This document shows, piece after piece, positions 1-8,872 of a stretch of DNA of 64,000 nucleotides. The stretch is from positions 642-64,641 of the forward strand of contig CAYLYM010000002.1 of the NCBI GenBank assembly GCA_964387645.1. The letters are read 5' to 3'. Position numbers and translations under genes: made by a program. The notes beneath the pieces were generated by a model. That model was given only the letters and a program-made list of their open reading frames with translations, did no database searches and was not told where the DNA came from. This DNA is from an uncultured Calditrichaceae bacterium. Its GTDB lineage: Bacteria > Calditrichota > Calditrichia > RBG-13-44-9. Each line of letters starts with the position of its first letter. Position 1 is the stretch's first letter.

Positions 1-119
1 AACTTCTTGTAAATATCAATTAGAAATTCCCAAGCGAATGAAAAAGGCTTTCGACCTTTTTAAATCATCTCTGGTCTAATTTTTTTTAAGTCAATTAGGT
101 AAAAAAAGCAGGAATCAAT

Positions 120-1016
120 ATGAAGAATTTATTATTTATTATAATTTTTTTATTTTCTTTTATTGTTTTTTTACGTTCAGAACAAATGCCCTCAGATAAA
201 CAGCTACTTTCTTTACTTCCTCAAGTTGAAGGATGGAAATTGGCAGAAAAACCAGAAATCTATATAAGGGAAAACTTATTTGATTATATTGATGGAAATT
301 GTGAATTATATTATTCTTATGGATTTAAAAAATTAGTTAGCGGATATTATGAAAAAGATGACAATCCGAATGCTTCGGTAACGGTTGATATTTATCATAT
401 GGGTACTCCAAAAGGTGCCTTTGGGGTTTATTCCAGTATGAGTAATCCCGATTATACCTATGAAGAAATTGGTTGTGAAGCAATTGTTTCTCCTTATCAG
501 TTGCAATTTTGGCAGGATCGTTACGAAGTCGAGATCCGTGGAGCCGGAATTGATGAAAGCTCAAATGTTCTGAAAACATTTGCGCACAAAGTTCTGGAAA
601 AATTACCGCCTTGTTCACCATTGGAAATTATTTTCTGGTTACCTGAAAAGGGCAGAGTTCCCCACTCCTTTAAGTATATTGCTGAAGGATTCCTGGGGCA
701 GGATTATTTCCCTGGAGGGGTTGAGGCGCTATATAAAATAGATGGTAAAGAAGTTAAAGGATTTGTTACAAAGGCGAATTCTGTTAAAGAAGCAAATGAA
801 TTTTTAAGGAAGTATCGTAAAGCGCAAATGAATTTTAAAGATGTTCAAATCAGTGAAGGGAAAAATTTCTTCACCTCGTTCCATCGATATACAGGCCATA
901 TGCGAGTGGAAGTTTTAGATAATTGGATATTTGGCGCCATATCTCAATCCGATGTCGATGGTTGTAATAAACTTGTATCTGTGATAAGATCACATTTAGC
1001 TTCTCGTGAAAAATAG
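120..1016 (+). CDS. Exported DUF6599-like protein
   Basis: Hydrophobic N-terminal signal; the segment EGWKLAEKPEIY..ENLFDYIDGNCELYYSYGF resembles DUF6599 proteins as I recall them; AGGA SD upstream. Confidence 0.65.
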   Translation: MKNLLFIIIFLFSFIVFLRSEQMPSDKQLLSLLPQVEGWKLAEKPEIYIRENLFDYIDGNCELYYSYGFKKLVSGYYEKDDNPNASVTVDIYHMGTPKGAFGVYSSMSNPDYTYEEIGCEAIVSPYQLQFWQDRYEVEIRGAGIDESSNVLKTFAHKVLEKLPPCSPLEIIFWLPEKGRVPHSFKYIAEGFLGQDYFPGGVEALYKIDGKEVKGFVTKANSVKEANEFLRKYRKAQMNFKDVQISEGKNFFTSFHRYTGHMRVEVLDNWIFGAISQSDVDGCNKLVSVIRSHLASREK

Positions 1017-1050
1017 AATTGATTGAATTAAATTTTTTGAGAAATAGGTA

Positions 1051-1737
1051 ATGAATACTTTAAAAACCAAAGCATTGATTTTAATTCTATTATTTTTATC
1101 TCTAATTTTTTCTTGCACAAGGAGCACTCAGTCTGAAGTGATTCGAGTGGCTTGTGTAGGAAATAGCATTACTTATGGCAGTGGGATACAAGATAGGGAA
1201 CATCGGTCATATCCAGCTCAGTTGGGAAAGATGCTGGGTGAAGGATATGATGTTCGAAACTTTGGTGTTAGCGGAGCAACAATGCTAAAAAAAGGCGATA
1301 AGCCTTACTGGAAACAGGAAGTATTTCAGCAGGCTCTGAATTTTAGGCCACATATTGTTATTATCCAACTGGGAACAAATGATAGTAAACCACAAAATTG
1401 GCAATACAGAGATGAATATAAGAAAGATTATCTGGATATGGTTGATCGTTTTCTGATCCAGGAACCACAGCCAAAAATATTTTTGTGTCTTCCGGTACCG
1501 GCTTTTGAAGTTCGTTGGGGGATTTGCCCTGAAGATTTAGAGGAAGAAGTGATACCTATAGTGAAAGAAGTTGCGGCTCAGAGGAACCTACCAATAATAG
1601 ACCTATTTACTCCTTTTAAAGGGAAAGAAGAATTGTTTCCGGATAAAATACATCCTAATGCAGAAGGCGCCAAATTGATGGCTGAAGTTATTTATCAAAT
1701 GATTACAGGTAAAAAAGCACCACTCACTTCGAATTGA
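1051..1737 (+). CDS. SGNH/GDSL-family carbohydrate esterase (acetyl esterase-like), probable lipoprotein
   Basis: SGNH blocks GNSITYG, NFGVSG, LGTND and DKIHPN; lipobox-like IFSC after a hydrophobic stretch. Confidence 0.9.
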   Translation: MNTLKTKALILILLFLSLIFSCTRSTQSEVIRVACVGNSITYGSGIQDREHRSYPAQLGKMLGEGYDVRNFGVSGATMLKKGDKPYWKQEVFQQALNFRPHIVIIQLGTNDSKPQNWQYRDEYKKDYLDMVDRFLIQEPQPKIFLCLPVPAFEVRWGICPEDLEEEVIPIVKEVAAQRNLPIIDLFTPFKGKEELFPDKIHPNAEGAKLMAEVIYQMITGKKAPLTSN

Positions 1738-1790
1738 GAATGGGTTTTAAAGGCTTAAGAAGATGATTGAAAAAAATCAGAGGAATTTTT

Positions 1791-3044
1791 ATGAAAAAGC
1801 TTGGTAAATATTCTATCGGAATAGGAGACCGTTTTGCACATCAAGGAAAAGCTCAACTAAAGGCTATTATTCAGGCCAAAGAGGTCGGAGTAGAAATCAC
1901 ACCAGTGTGGAATAAATCCTACCGGGAACATAACATCGTAAAAAGTAATCCGAAGGATACCAGAGTTGAAGCAGATGAAGCTGTAAAAGCGCTTGGCTGG
2001 AAAGATGCCTATTTTGTTGATGCCGACCATGTGGGAATGAAAACAGTTGATTTGTTTATTGATTATAGTGATTTTTTCACGTTAGACGTGGCAGATTTTA
2101 TTGGAAAATCGGCAATTGATGATGACATCAATGCTTTTGTGGAAAGAAATAGAAAGTTTTTAGGAAATTTACAAATTCCTGGTATTTCAGAAGTATTTCA
2201 GATTACAGAAGAACAATTAAAGGCAGTTGCTGAGAAATTTCTTTTTGCCATTCAGGAGGCTGGACGCATCTATCGTCACATAGCTGGTAAAAAAGCAGAA
2301 AACTCTTTTATAGTGGAAGTTTCTATGGATGAAACAGATGAACCTCAAACACCGGTTGAGTTACTGTTTATTTTAGAAGCAATTGCAGCGGAAGGTATTC
2401 CTGCCCAAACTATTGCACCGAAGTTTACCGGTCGGTTTAATAAAGGAGTTGACTATGTGGGGGATGTGGAACAATTTTCTCGCGAATTTGAGCAGGACGT
2501 GGCGGTTATCAATTTTGCTGTTAAATCCTTTAGACTTCCTCCAGATTTAAAACTGAGTGTTCATTCTGGTAGCGATAAATTTGCTATCTATGGACCTATA
2601 AATCGCACGCTTAAGAAATTTAAAGCAGGACTTCATCTGAAAACAGCTGGTACAACCTGGTTAGAGGAATTAATTGGTCTAGCCGAAGCGGGAGGTGAGG
2701 GTTTAAAAATTGCCAAAGATGTCTATAGTGAGGCGTATCGCCGTTTTGATGAATTATGTGGCCCGTATGCTGCTGTAATTGATATTGATAAAGAACAACT
2801 CCCAACTCCAGAAACTGTAGAAACGTGGGATGGACAAACTTATGCCGATACCCTGCGTCATGATCAATCTTGTGATAAGTATAATCCGAATTTTCGTCAA
2901 CTTCTACATGTTGGATATAAGATAGCTGCCGAGATGGGAGATCGTTATCTCAGTGCTCTGAGAAAATATGAAGGGATCATAGCCAAAAACGTTACAGAAA
3001 ATATCTTTGAGCGTCACATCAAACCCGTTTTTATCAATCAATAA
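1791..3044 (+). CDS. uxaE: Tagaturonate/fructuronate epimerase UxaE
   Basis: Motifs SIGIGDRF, YFVDADH, EVSMDET, FTGRFNKGVDY, KLSVHSGSDKF, HLKTAGTTWLEE. Start moved from the TTG at 1767 to the ATG at 1791, which follows an AGAGGA SD. Confidence 0.9.
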   Translation: MKKLGKYSIGIGDRFAHQGKAQLKAIIQAKEVGVEITPVWNKSYREHNIVKSNPKDTRVEADEAVKALGWKDAYFVDADHVGMKTVDLFIDYSDFFTLDVADFIGKSAIDDDINAFVERNRKFLGNLQIPGISEVFQITEEQLKAVAEKFLFAIQEAGRIYRHIAGKKAENSFIVEVSMDETDEPQTPVELLFILEAIAAEGIPAQTIAPKFTGRFNKGVDYVGDVEQFSREFEQDVAVINFAVKSFRLPPDLKLSVHSGSDKFAIYGPINRTLKKFKAGLHLKTAGTTWLEELIGLAEAGGEGLKIAKDVYSEAYRRFDELCGPYAAVIDIDKEQLPTPETVETWDGQTYADTLRHDQSCDKYNPNFRQLLHVGYKIAAEMGDRYLSALRKYEGIIAKNVTENIFERHIKPVFINQ

Positions 3045-3065
3045 AAACCTTATAAGGAGTGAATT

Positions 3066-3362
3066 ATGGCCTTTATTCGAAGAAATTGGACACCTGAAGA
3101 GGCTGATGAGTGGCATAAAGAAGATTGGATTGCAATCATCCTATCTGTGATCTCTTATATTACTTTAACTATTGGTGTGGCCTTATCTTTCTTATTGCTT
3201 ACCGAAGGATTTATTATTCTTCTAATAGGCGTTATCGTCACATTACTCATGTATTGGGTTATTGATCCCAAGCTTAGAGTCATTTCTAACGAGTACGAAA
3301 AGAAACAAAAGGAATTCCTTGAACATATTGAAGAGATTCAAAGATGGGAGGTCAGATCATGA
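3066..3362 (+). CDS. Small two-TM membrane protein (98 aa), first of three small ORFs before the SSS transporter
   Basis: AAGGAG SD; two hydrophobic helices flanked by charged ends (WTPEEADEWHKEDW ... EYEKKQKEFL). Confidence 0.8.
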   Translation: MAFIRRNWTPEEADEWHKEDWIAIILSVISYITLTIGVALSFLLLTEGFIILLIGVIVTLLMYWVIDPKLRVISNEYEKKQKEFLEHIEEIQRWEVRS

Positions 3363-3487
3363 CCAAAGGCCTGGCAGTGGTAATAGGGATGACTATTGCT
3401 TATGCTGCATCATTTATCGGGATGATTTTCGCATACATTTATTATAAAAGAAATAAGCAAAATTTAAAATCTGACAAGGAAGGTTAA
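3359..3487 (+). CDS. Small single-TM protein (42 aa, MTKGLAVVIGMTIAYAASFIGMIFAYIYYKRNKQNLKSDKEG); not in ORF track
   Basis: ATGA overlap with the stop of 3066..3362; GGGAGGT SD; one TM helix followed by a basic tail. Confidence 0.7.
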   Translation: MTKGLAVVIGMTIAYAASFIGMIFAYIYYKRNKQNLKSDKEG

Positions 3488-3488
3488 A

Positions 3489-3629
3489 ATGTTAATCACT
3501 TTGCTTTCATCTACACGTATTGGTTCGCCCATTCTTGGTGTAATTTTACCGGCAATTATCTTTGGTCTTTCGTTGCTACTCACCATTTTACTCATCCGCC
3601 ATTTTATGAAAAAGCATCCAGACGCATAA
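3489..3629 (+). CDS. Small single-TM protein (46 aa, MLITLLSSTRIGSPILGVILPAIIFGLSLLLTILLIRHFMKKHPDA); not in ORF track
   Basis: Starts 1 nt after the previous stop; AAGGAAGGT SD; one TM helix plus basic tail; ends 16 nt before the SSS start. Confidence 0.7.
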   Translation: MLITLLSSTRIGSPILGVILPAIIFGLSLLLTILLIRHFMKKHPDA

Positions 3630-3645
3630 CATAGATGGAGTTCTT

Positions 3646-5583
3646 ATGATCACTTTTGAATTATTAGACTGGATATGGTTATTTCTTTTTATTGTTTTGA
3701 TGGTTGTTTTTGGATCCTATTTTTATCGTTTGGGTAAACGTTCAGAATCAGATTTTTTCTTAGCAGGTAGAGGATTGCCCTGGTGGTTGCCAGCTTCATC
3801 AGTTTATGCCACCCATACAGCTACAGATACACCTATTTGGGTTGCCGGTGTTGTTTATAAATATGGATTTGCTGGATTGTGGTATGCCTTTTTTGCGGCA
3901 TGGTGTGCTATTAGTGCTTTTGTGTCCACCAAAATTTTCCGACGTTCGTTAGCTTACAGCCAAGCGGAGTGGCAAAGCCTACGTTTTGGTGGTCTGGGAG
4001 CAGAGATGTTGCGAGGCTGGTTAGCTGGATGGCAGGTATTTATGAATATGTTTATCCTTGGTTGGGTAGGTATTGCTATGGGCAAGTTGTGTAACCTGCT
4101 GTTTGGATGGGATTTGTGGATTGGTCTGGTACTTTTTACCAGCATTGGAGCTATTTACGTGCTTCTTTCGGGTTATTGGGGAGTGGTGATGGCCGACTTT
4201 CAACAAGGGGTCATCGCCTTCTTGGTAATTGTTATTGTATCTATTTGGGGTGTTGTTGCGGCTGGCGGTCCCGATGCTATTGTGAATAAGCTCAAAAAAT
4301 ACAATAGCACCTGTGAATGGAAAATTCCAGATGATGTTCCCAATAATACTACTGGAATAGTCAGAATTACTGATTCTGAGACGGGTAAAGAATTTGCGCG
4401 ATCTTCCGGAACTTTTACCATTTTGAATAAAGAAGATGAACAGCAATTTAGAGCAACTGAGGAACGGGTAAAACAATTAGTAACTCAGGTTGAAAGTTCT
4501 TCAGCGGATTATCCCGAGGTCTTGTTTCCACGTGCAGGAGATGTGCTTTTAGCAAACCATGGTTATAATGTGGTTTGGACAGCAGGTAAAACCGGAAAAC
4601 GGGTGAATGTTGAGTATTCATTTGACAATGGTAAAACATGGTCTGCCATTGAATTGAATCATTTTGATGGTCAAATATGGCGAATTAATCCATTCAGCTT
4701 TACTGGTTTAACCAAGGGGCAGTTTCCTGTGGCATGGTTTATTACCATGATGATCATAGCTCTTATTGGCGGTTTTGGCATGGGAACCACTATTGATTGG
4801 TACACCGAAGCCCAGAGAATTCAGTCGGCCAAATCCGTTCGGGATGCTTCTTACAGTATCTGGGCTGGAACGGCTTTGGTGCTCATTCGTAATTCAATCT
4901 GGGCGGCAGCTATCATGGGCTTTTTTGTTTTATTTCCACATTTAGGCCAGAGCAGTGAATACGAAATGGGATGGTACATCGTAGGATTTCGATATCTACC
5001 TGTTGGAATGGTTGGATTCCTATTTGCAGGAATTCTGGCAATTCATTTATCCACTGTTTCGACTCAATTAAATTTAGGTGCAATGTATGCCACTCGCGAT
5101 TTTTATCATCATTATGTTAATCCCAAAGCTGACGAGAAAAAATTGGTATTAGTTGGACGTATATCCACTTTTATTATTTTAATCGGGTCTTTCATATTTG
5201 GAACAATTATTGGTGAAGAAATCACGGCATGGTTGATTTTTGCTCTCTGGATTATGGCTGCTGGTGTTTGGTTACCAAATATTCTACAGGTTATTTGGTG
5301 GCGTTTTAATGCCTGGGGTTCCTTAAGTGCATGGATTGCTAATCTGGGATTAAGTTGGTTGATTGTCTGGGTCTTACCCAGGTTTGGTGTCATCCCAGAA
5401 TTGCCAGATTATTTGCAATTCTGGATTCTTATTGTCTTGAATGCACTTATTTACATTCCTGTAACTTACTTAACAAAACCAGAAGATATGGACCATTTAG
5501 TCAAATTCTACGTTATGTCTCGTCCAATTGGTTTTTGGGGCCCAGTGAAGAAAGAAGCTATTCGCAGGGGATTGATTTCTTAA
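3646..5583 (+). CDS. Sodium:solute symporter (SSS) family transporter with an about 125 aa soluble insertion
   Basis: SDFFLAGRGLPWW, GYWGVVMADFQQG, AQRIQSAKS, GILAIHLSTVSTQLN and LVLVGRI motifs; many TM helices; hydrophilic insert at about 4300-4680. Confidence 0.9.
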   Translation: MITFELLDWIWLFLFIVLMVVFGSYFYRLGKRSESDFFLAGRGLPWWLPASSVYATHTATDTPIWVAGVVYKYGFAGLWYAFFAAWCAISAFVSTKIFRRSLAYSQAEWQSLRFGGLGAEMLRGWLAGWQVFMNMFILGWVGIAMGKLCNLLFGWDLWIGLVLFTSIGAIYVLLSGYWGVVMADFQQGVIAFLVIVIVSIWGVVAAGGPDAIVNKLKKYNSTCEWKIPDDVPNNTTGIVRITDSETGKEFARSSGTFTILNKEDEQQFRATEERVKQLVTQVESSSADYPEVLFPRAGDVLLANHGYNVVWTAGKTGKRVNVEYSFDNGKTWSAIELNHFDGQIWRINPFSFTGLTKGQFPVAWFITMMIIALIGGFGMGTTIDWYTEAQRIQSAKSVRDASYSIWAGTALVLIRNSIWAAAIMGFFVLFPHLGQSSEYEMGWYIVGFRYLPVGMVGFLFAGILAIHLSTVSTQLNLGAMYATRDFYHHYVNPKADEKKLVLVGRISTFIILIGSFIFGTIIGEEITAWLIFALWIMAAGVWLPNILQVIWWRFNAWGSLSAWIANLGLSWLIVWVLPRFGVIPELPDYLQFWILIVLNALIYIPVTYLTKPEDMDHLVKFYVMSRPIGFWGPVKKEAIRRGLIS

Positions 5584-5704
5584 TAAGAAAGTAATTTTTT
5601 CTATGGTTTAAAAAAAGCGTGAGTAAATATTTTTAAAAGATATTTGATTATGTCTTTGCTCCGAAAAATTAAAATGTCGAAGATATTTTTAATATGACTT
5701 TATA

Positions 5705-5785
5705 GTAGGAGTGGCTTCCAGTCACGATTGATATTGAAATTAGGGACAAGGATGTCCGTCTGGCCACCTGGCAGGCTCGTCCTAC
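5705..5785. repeat. REP-like palindromic element (GTAG-type)
   Basis: GC-rich patch in an AT-rich spacer, bounded by GTAG (5705) and CTAC (5782-5785); internal hairpins GTGGCT-TCC-AGTCAC and GGACA-AGGA-TGTCC. Single copy in the window. Confidence 0.4.
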
Positions 5786-5914
5786 AATTTTGGATGATTT
5801 AAAAAAATCATTTTTCAGAGCTAAAATAACAATCGTTAAAAAATATCATCATAAAACTTATTAAATTAAAGTTAATGGGAGTGAAAGTTTAAGAAAGGAA
5901 GGAGATAAAGAGGT

Positions 5915-6748
5915 ATGAATCAGGAAGAATTAACCAAGATGTATGATTTCACAGATCGAACAGTGGTAGTGACGGGAGGAACGGGAATTTTGGGGGGTGA
6001 AATAGCCTGTGCGCTGGTGGGCTGTGGAGCGAATGTAGCAATCATGGACCGAAATACTGAGTTACGGGAAGATATGAAAAAGAAGATTGAAGCGTCTGTT
6101 GGAAGGGCGATTGTGGTCTATGGTGATGTTTTAGACCGTGATGTATTAAATCAATCTTTTGAACGTATTCTGGAAGAATTTGGAAAAGTAGATATTTTGA
6201 TAAATGCCGCAGGGGGCAATCATCCCGATGCGACAACTTCTCCGGAAAAACCATTTTTTGATTTACCTTTGGAAGCTTTTCGTTTCACATCTGAGTTGAA
6301 TTTATTAGGAACTGTGCTGCCCAGTCAAATTTTTGGGAAACATATGGCTGAAAGAGGAGAGGGGGTCATCCTCAATGTATCTTCAATGAATGCCTTTAGA
6401 CCTCTTACGCGAATTCCGGCTTATTCGGCGGCTAAAGCGGCTGTAAGTAATTTTACTCAATGGTTGGCTGTGCATATGGCACAGGAATATTCTCCAAAAA
6501 TCAGGGTGAATGCCATTGCTCCAGGTTTCTTCTTAACCATGCAGAATAAGTTCTTGCTAATTGATGAGAAGACGGGTGAACTTACACCTCGAGGAAAAAG
6601 TATTATAGACCATACGCCGATGGGACGATTTGGTGATCCGGAAGATTTATTAGGCACTGTTTTATGGCTGATTTCTCCAGCCTCATCTTTTGTTACTGGA
6701 ATTGTAGTTCCCGTTGATGGCGGATTTTCTGCCTTTAGTGGTGTTTGA
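5915..6748 (+). CDS. uxuB: SDR-type D-mannonate oxidoreductase (fructuronate reductase)
   Basis: TGGTGILG, INAAGGNHPDATT, SSMNAFRPLTRIPAYSAAKAAVSNFTQWLAVHMA, typical of SDR-type UxuB; uronate gene context. Confidence 0.85.
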   Translation: MNQEELTKMYDFTDRTVVVTGGTGILGGEIACALVGCGANVAIMDRNTELREDMKKKIEASVGRAIVVYGDVLDRDVLNQSFERILEEFGKVDILINAAGGNHPDATTSPEKPFFDLPLEAFRFTSELNLLGTVLPSQIFGKHMAERGEGVILNVSSMNAFRPLTRIPAYSAAKAAVSNFTQWLAVHMAQEYSPKIRVNAIAPGFFLTMQNKFLLIDEKTGELTPRGKSIIDHTPMGRFGDPEDLLGTVLWLISPASSFVTGIVVPVDGGFSAFSGV

Positions 6749-6795
6749 AAAAGAAACGAATGAAAAATAAACAAAAAGAAAAGAGAGGAAGAGGG

Positions 6796-8814
6796 ATGAG
6801 CAAGTTAAAGTACACTCCTGAGTTGCGAAAATTGGCTGCCGATACGATTCGATTTCTATCAGCAGACGGTGTTCAAAAAGCTAATTCGGGCCATCCAGGA
6901 ATGCCTATGGGCATGGCTGATGTTGCTTTTTTATTGTGGACGCATTATTTAAAATTTAATCCCAAAGATCCCAGGTGGCCGAACCGGGATCGGTTTGTGC
7001 TTTCAGCCGGTCATGGTTCTATGTTGCTATATTCATTGCTTTATTTAAGCGGTTATGATGTCACCATGGAGGATCTCAGATCATTTCGGCAATGGGACAG
7101 CCGTACTCCCGGACATCCCGAGTACTGGTGTCTTCCCGGTGTCGAAACAACTACCGGTCCGCTTGGACAGGGCTTCGCTAATGGTGTTGGTATGGCTATT
7201 GCTGCAAAAATGACTGCGGAGCGTTTTAATACCGCTGATTTCAATCTTTTTGGTAACCATTACATTTATGCGATCGTTAGTGACGGTGATCTGATGGAAG
7301 GTGTGGCTTCGGAAGCGGCTTCAATTGCCGGTCACCTGAAACTTGGCAATCTGATTTATATTTATGATGATAATCAGATCACCATTGAAGGAAATACCGA
7401 TCTAACTTTTTCTGAAGATGTAGCCAAACGTTTCGAAGCCTATCATTGGCATACCATTACTGTGGATGCTTACGATCATCAAGCAGTAGTTGATGCCATC
7501 GAAGAAGGACGTCGGGAAACTGAAAAACCGACATTAATAATAGCCAAATCGCACATTGGATATGGTAGTCCAAATAAACAAGATACTGCAGGGGTGCATG
7601 GTGCCCCATTGGGTGAGGATGAGTTAAAAGCTACCAAACGTAATTTAGGTTGGCCGGAGGATGCGGAATTTTTTGTACCTGAAGAAGTATCCAAAATTTT
7701 TTCTGAACGGGTTGAGGAATTAAAACAAGAATATGAAAGCTGGCAGAAAGCTTTCAGCGGATGGAAGGAAAAGAATCCAGATTTAGCCAGTCAATGGGAA
7801 AATTTTCAAAATAAAACGGTTCCTGAAGATATCGAGAAGGAATTATTATCTGTATTACCGCAAGAACCCGATGCGACACGTAAATTATCAGGTAAAGTTA
7901 TTCAAAAGATTGCTGATTTAGTGCCCAGCTTTGTTGGTGGCTCAGCCGATTTGGCACCATCTACCAATACACTGATGAAAGCTTATGAATCCATTGCTCC
8001 AGAGAAATTCTCCGGGCGTAATTTCCACTTTGGTATTCGGGAACATGGAATGGGAGCCATTCTGAATGGCATTGCACTTTATGGTGGTTTTATACCTTTT
8101 GGTGCAACATTTTTAGTGTTTTCCGATTATATGCGTCCGCCTATCCGTCTGGCCGCCTTAATGGAACAACAAGTAATTTATGTTTTTACACACGATAGTA
8201 TTTTTATTGGTGAGGATGGACCAACCCACCAACCCGTGGAGCATTTTGCTGCCTTACGTGCTATACCTAATCTAACAGTTTTACGTCCAGCCGATGGCAC
8301 TGAGGTTGCCATGAGTTGGGCTTATGCTTTGAAAAACCGTAAAGGACCGACTGCTTTGCTATTGACCCGACAAAAAGTGCCTGTAATTGAACGAGGTGGT
8401 GATTTTGATCCGAGTCTTGTCCTGAAAGGTGGTTACATCGTATCCAATTGTCAAAAAGATACACCCGATGTTGTCCTGATTGGAACGGGATCAGAATTGG
8501 CTGTGGCTATCGAGGCACAAAAGATTTTGAAAGAGCATAACATTGATGCCCGGGTAGTTTCCATGCCTTCTGTTGAGCTGTTTAAACACCAGGATAAAAG
8601 ATACCGAGATTCAGTGATCCCCCCGCAGGGCAGTAGAGTTGTAGTAATAGAAGCAGGTGTTGGTTTTGGATGGAAAGATATCACTGGCTTGCCGGTTTTG
8701 ATGATTGGATTAGATCGTTTTGGTGCATCCGCACCTTATAAAGTGCTTGCAGAAAAGTTTGGTTTTACTGGCGAGCAGGTGGCAACCAAAGTTATAGAAT
8801 GGCTTAAAAAATAG
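6796..8814 (+). CDS. tkt: Transketolase
   Basis: SGHPGMPMG, RDRFVLSAGHGSM, TTGPLGQG, GDLMEG, HFGIREH, THDSIFIGEDGPTHQP. Start moved to the ATG at 6796 (GAGGG SD). Confidence 0.97.
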   Translation: MSKLKYTPELRKLAADTIRFLSADGVQKANSGHPGMPMGMADVAFLLWTHYLKFNPKDPRWPNRDRFVLSAGHGSMLLYSLLYLSGYDVTMEDLRSFRQWDSRTPGHPEYWCLPGVETTTGPLGQGFANGVGMAIAAKMTAERFNTADFNLFGNHYIYAIVSDGDLMEGVASEAASIAGHLKLGNLIYIYDDNQITIEGNTDLTFSEDVAKRFEAYHWHTITVDAYDHQAVVDAIEEGRRETEKPTLIIAKSHIGYGSPNKQDTAGVHGAPLGEDELKATKRNLGWPEDAEFFVPEEVSKIFSERVEELKQEYESWQKAFSGWKEKNPDLASQWENFQNKTVPEDIEKELLSVLPQEPDATRKLSGKVIQKIADLVPSFVGGSADLAPSTNTLMKAYESIAPEKFSGRNFHFGIREHGMGAILNGIALYGGFIPFGATFLVFSDYMRPPIRLAALMEQQVIYVFTHDSIFIGEDGPTHQPVEHFAALRAIPNLTVLRPADGTEVAMSWAYALKNRKGPTALLLTRQKVPVIERGGDFDPSLVLKGGYIVSNCQKDTPDVVLIGTGSELAVAIEAQKILKEHNIDARVVSMPSVELFKHQDKRYRDSVIPPQGSRVVVIEAGVGFGWKDITGLPVLMIGLDRFGASAPYKVLAEKFGFTGEQVATKVIEWLKK

Positions 8815-8872
8815 CAGATTATGTTTGAATGGAAATAGATGTGGTAATTATAAAACCAAGGAGAGATAAAAA

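Noticed and set aside
3262-3447. 61-aa ORF overlapping the small-protein cluster
   Set aside because: Off-frame; the region is better explained by 3066..3362 and 3359..3487, which have SD sites and TM character.
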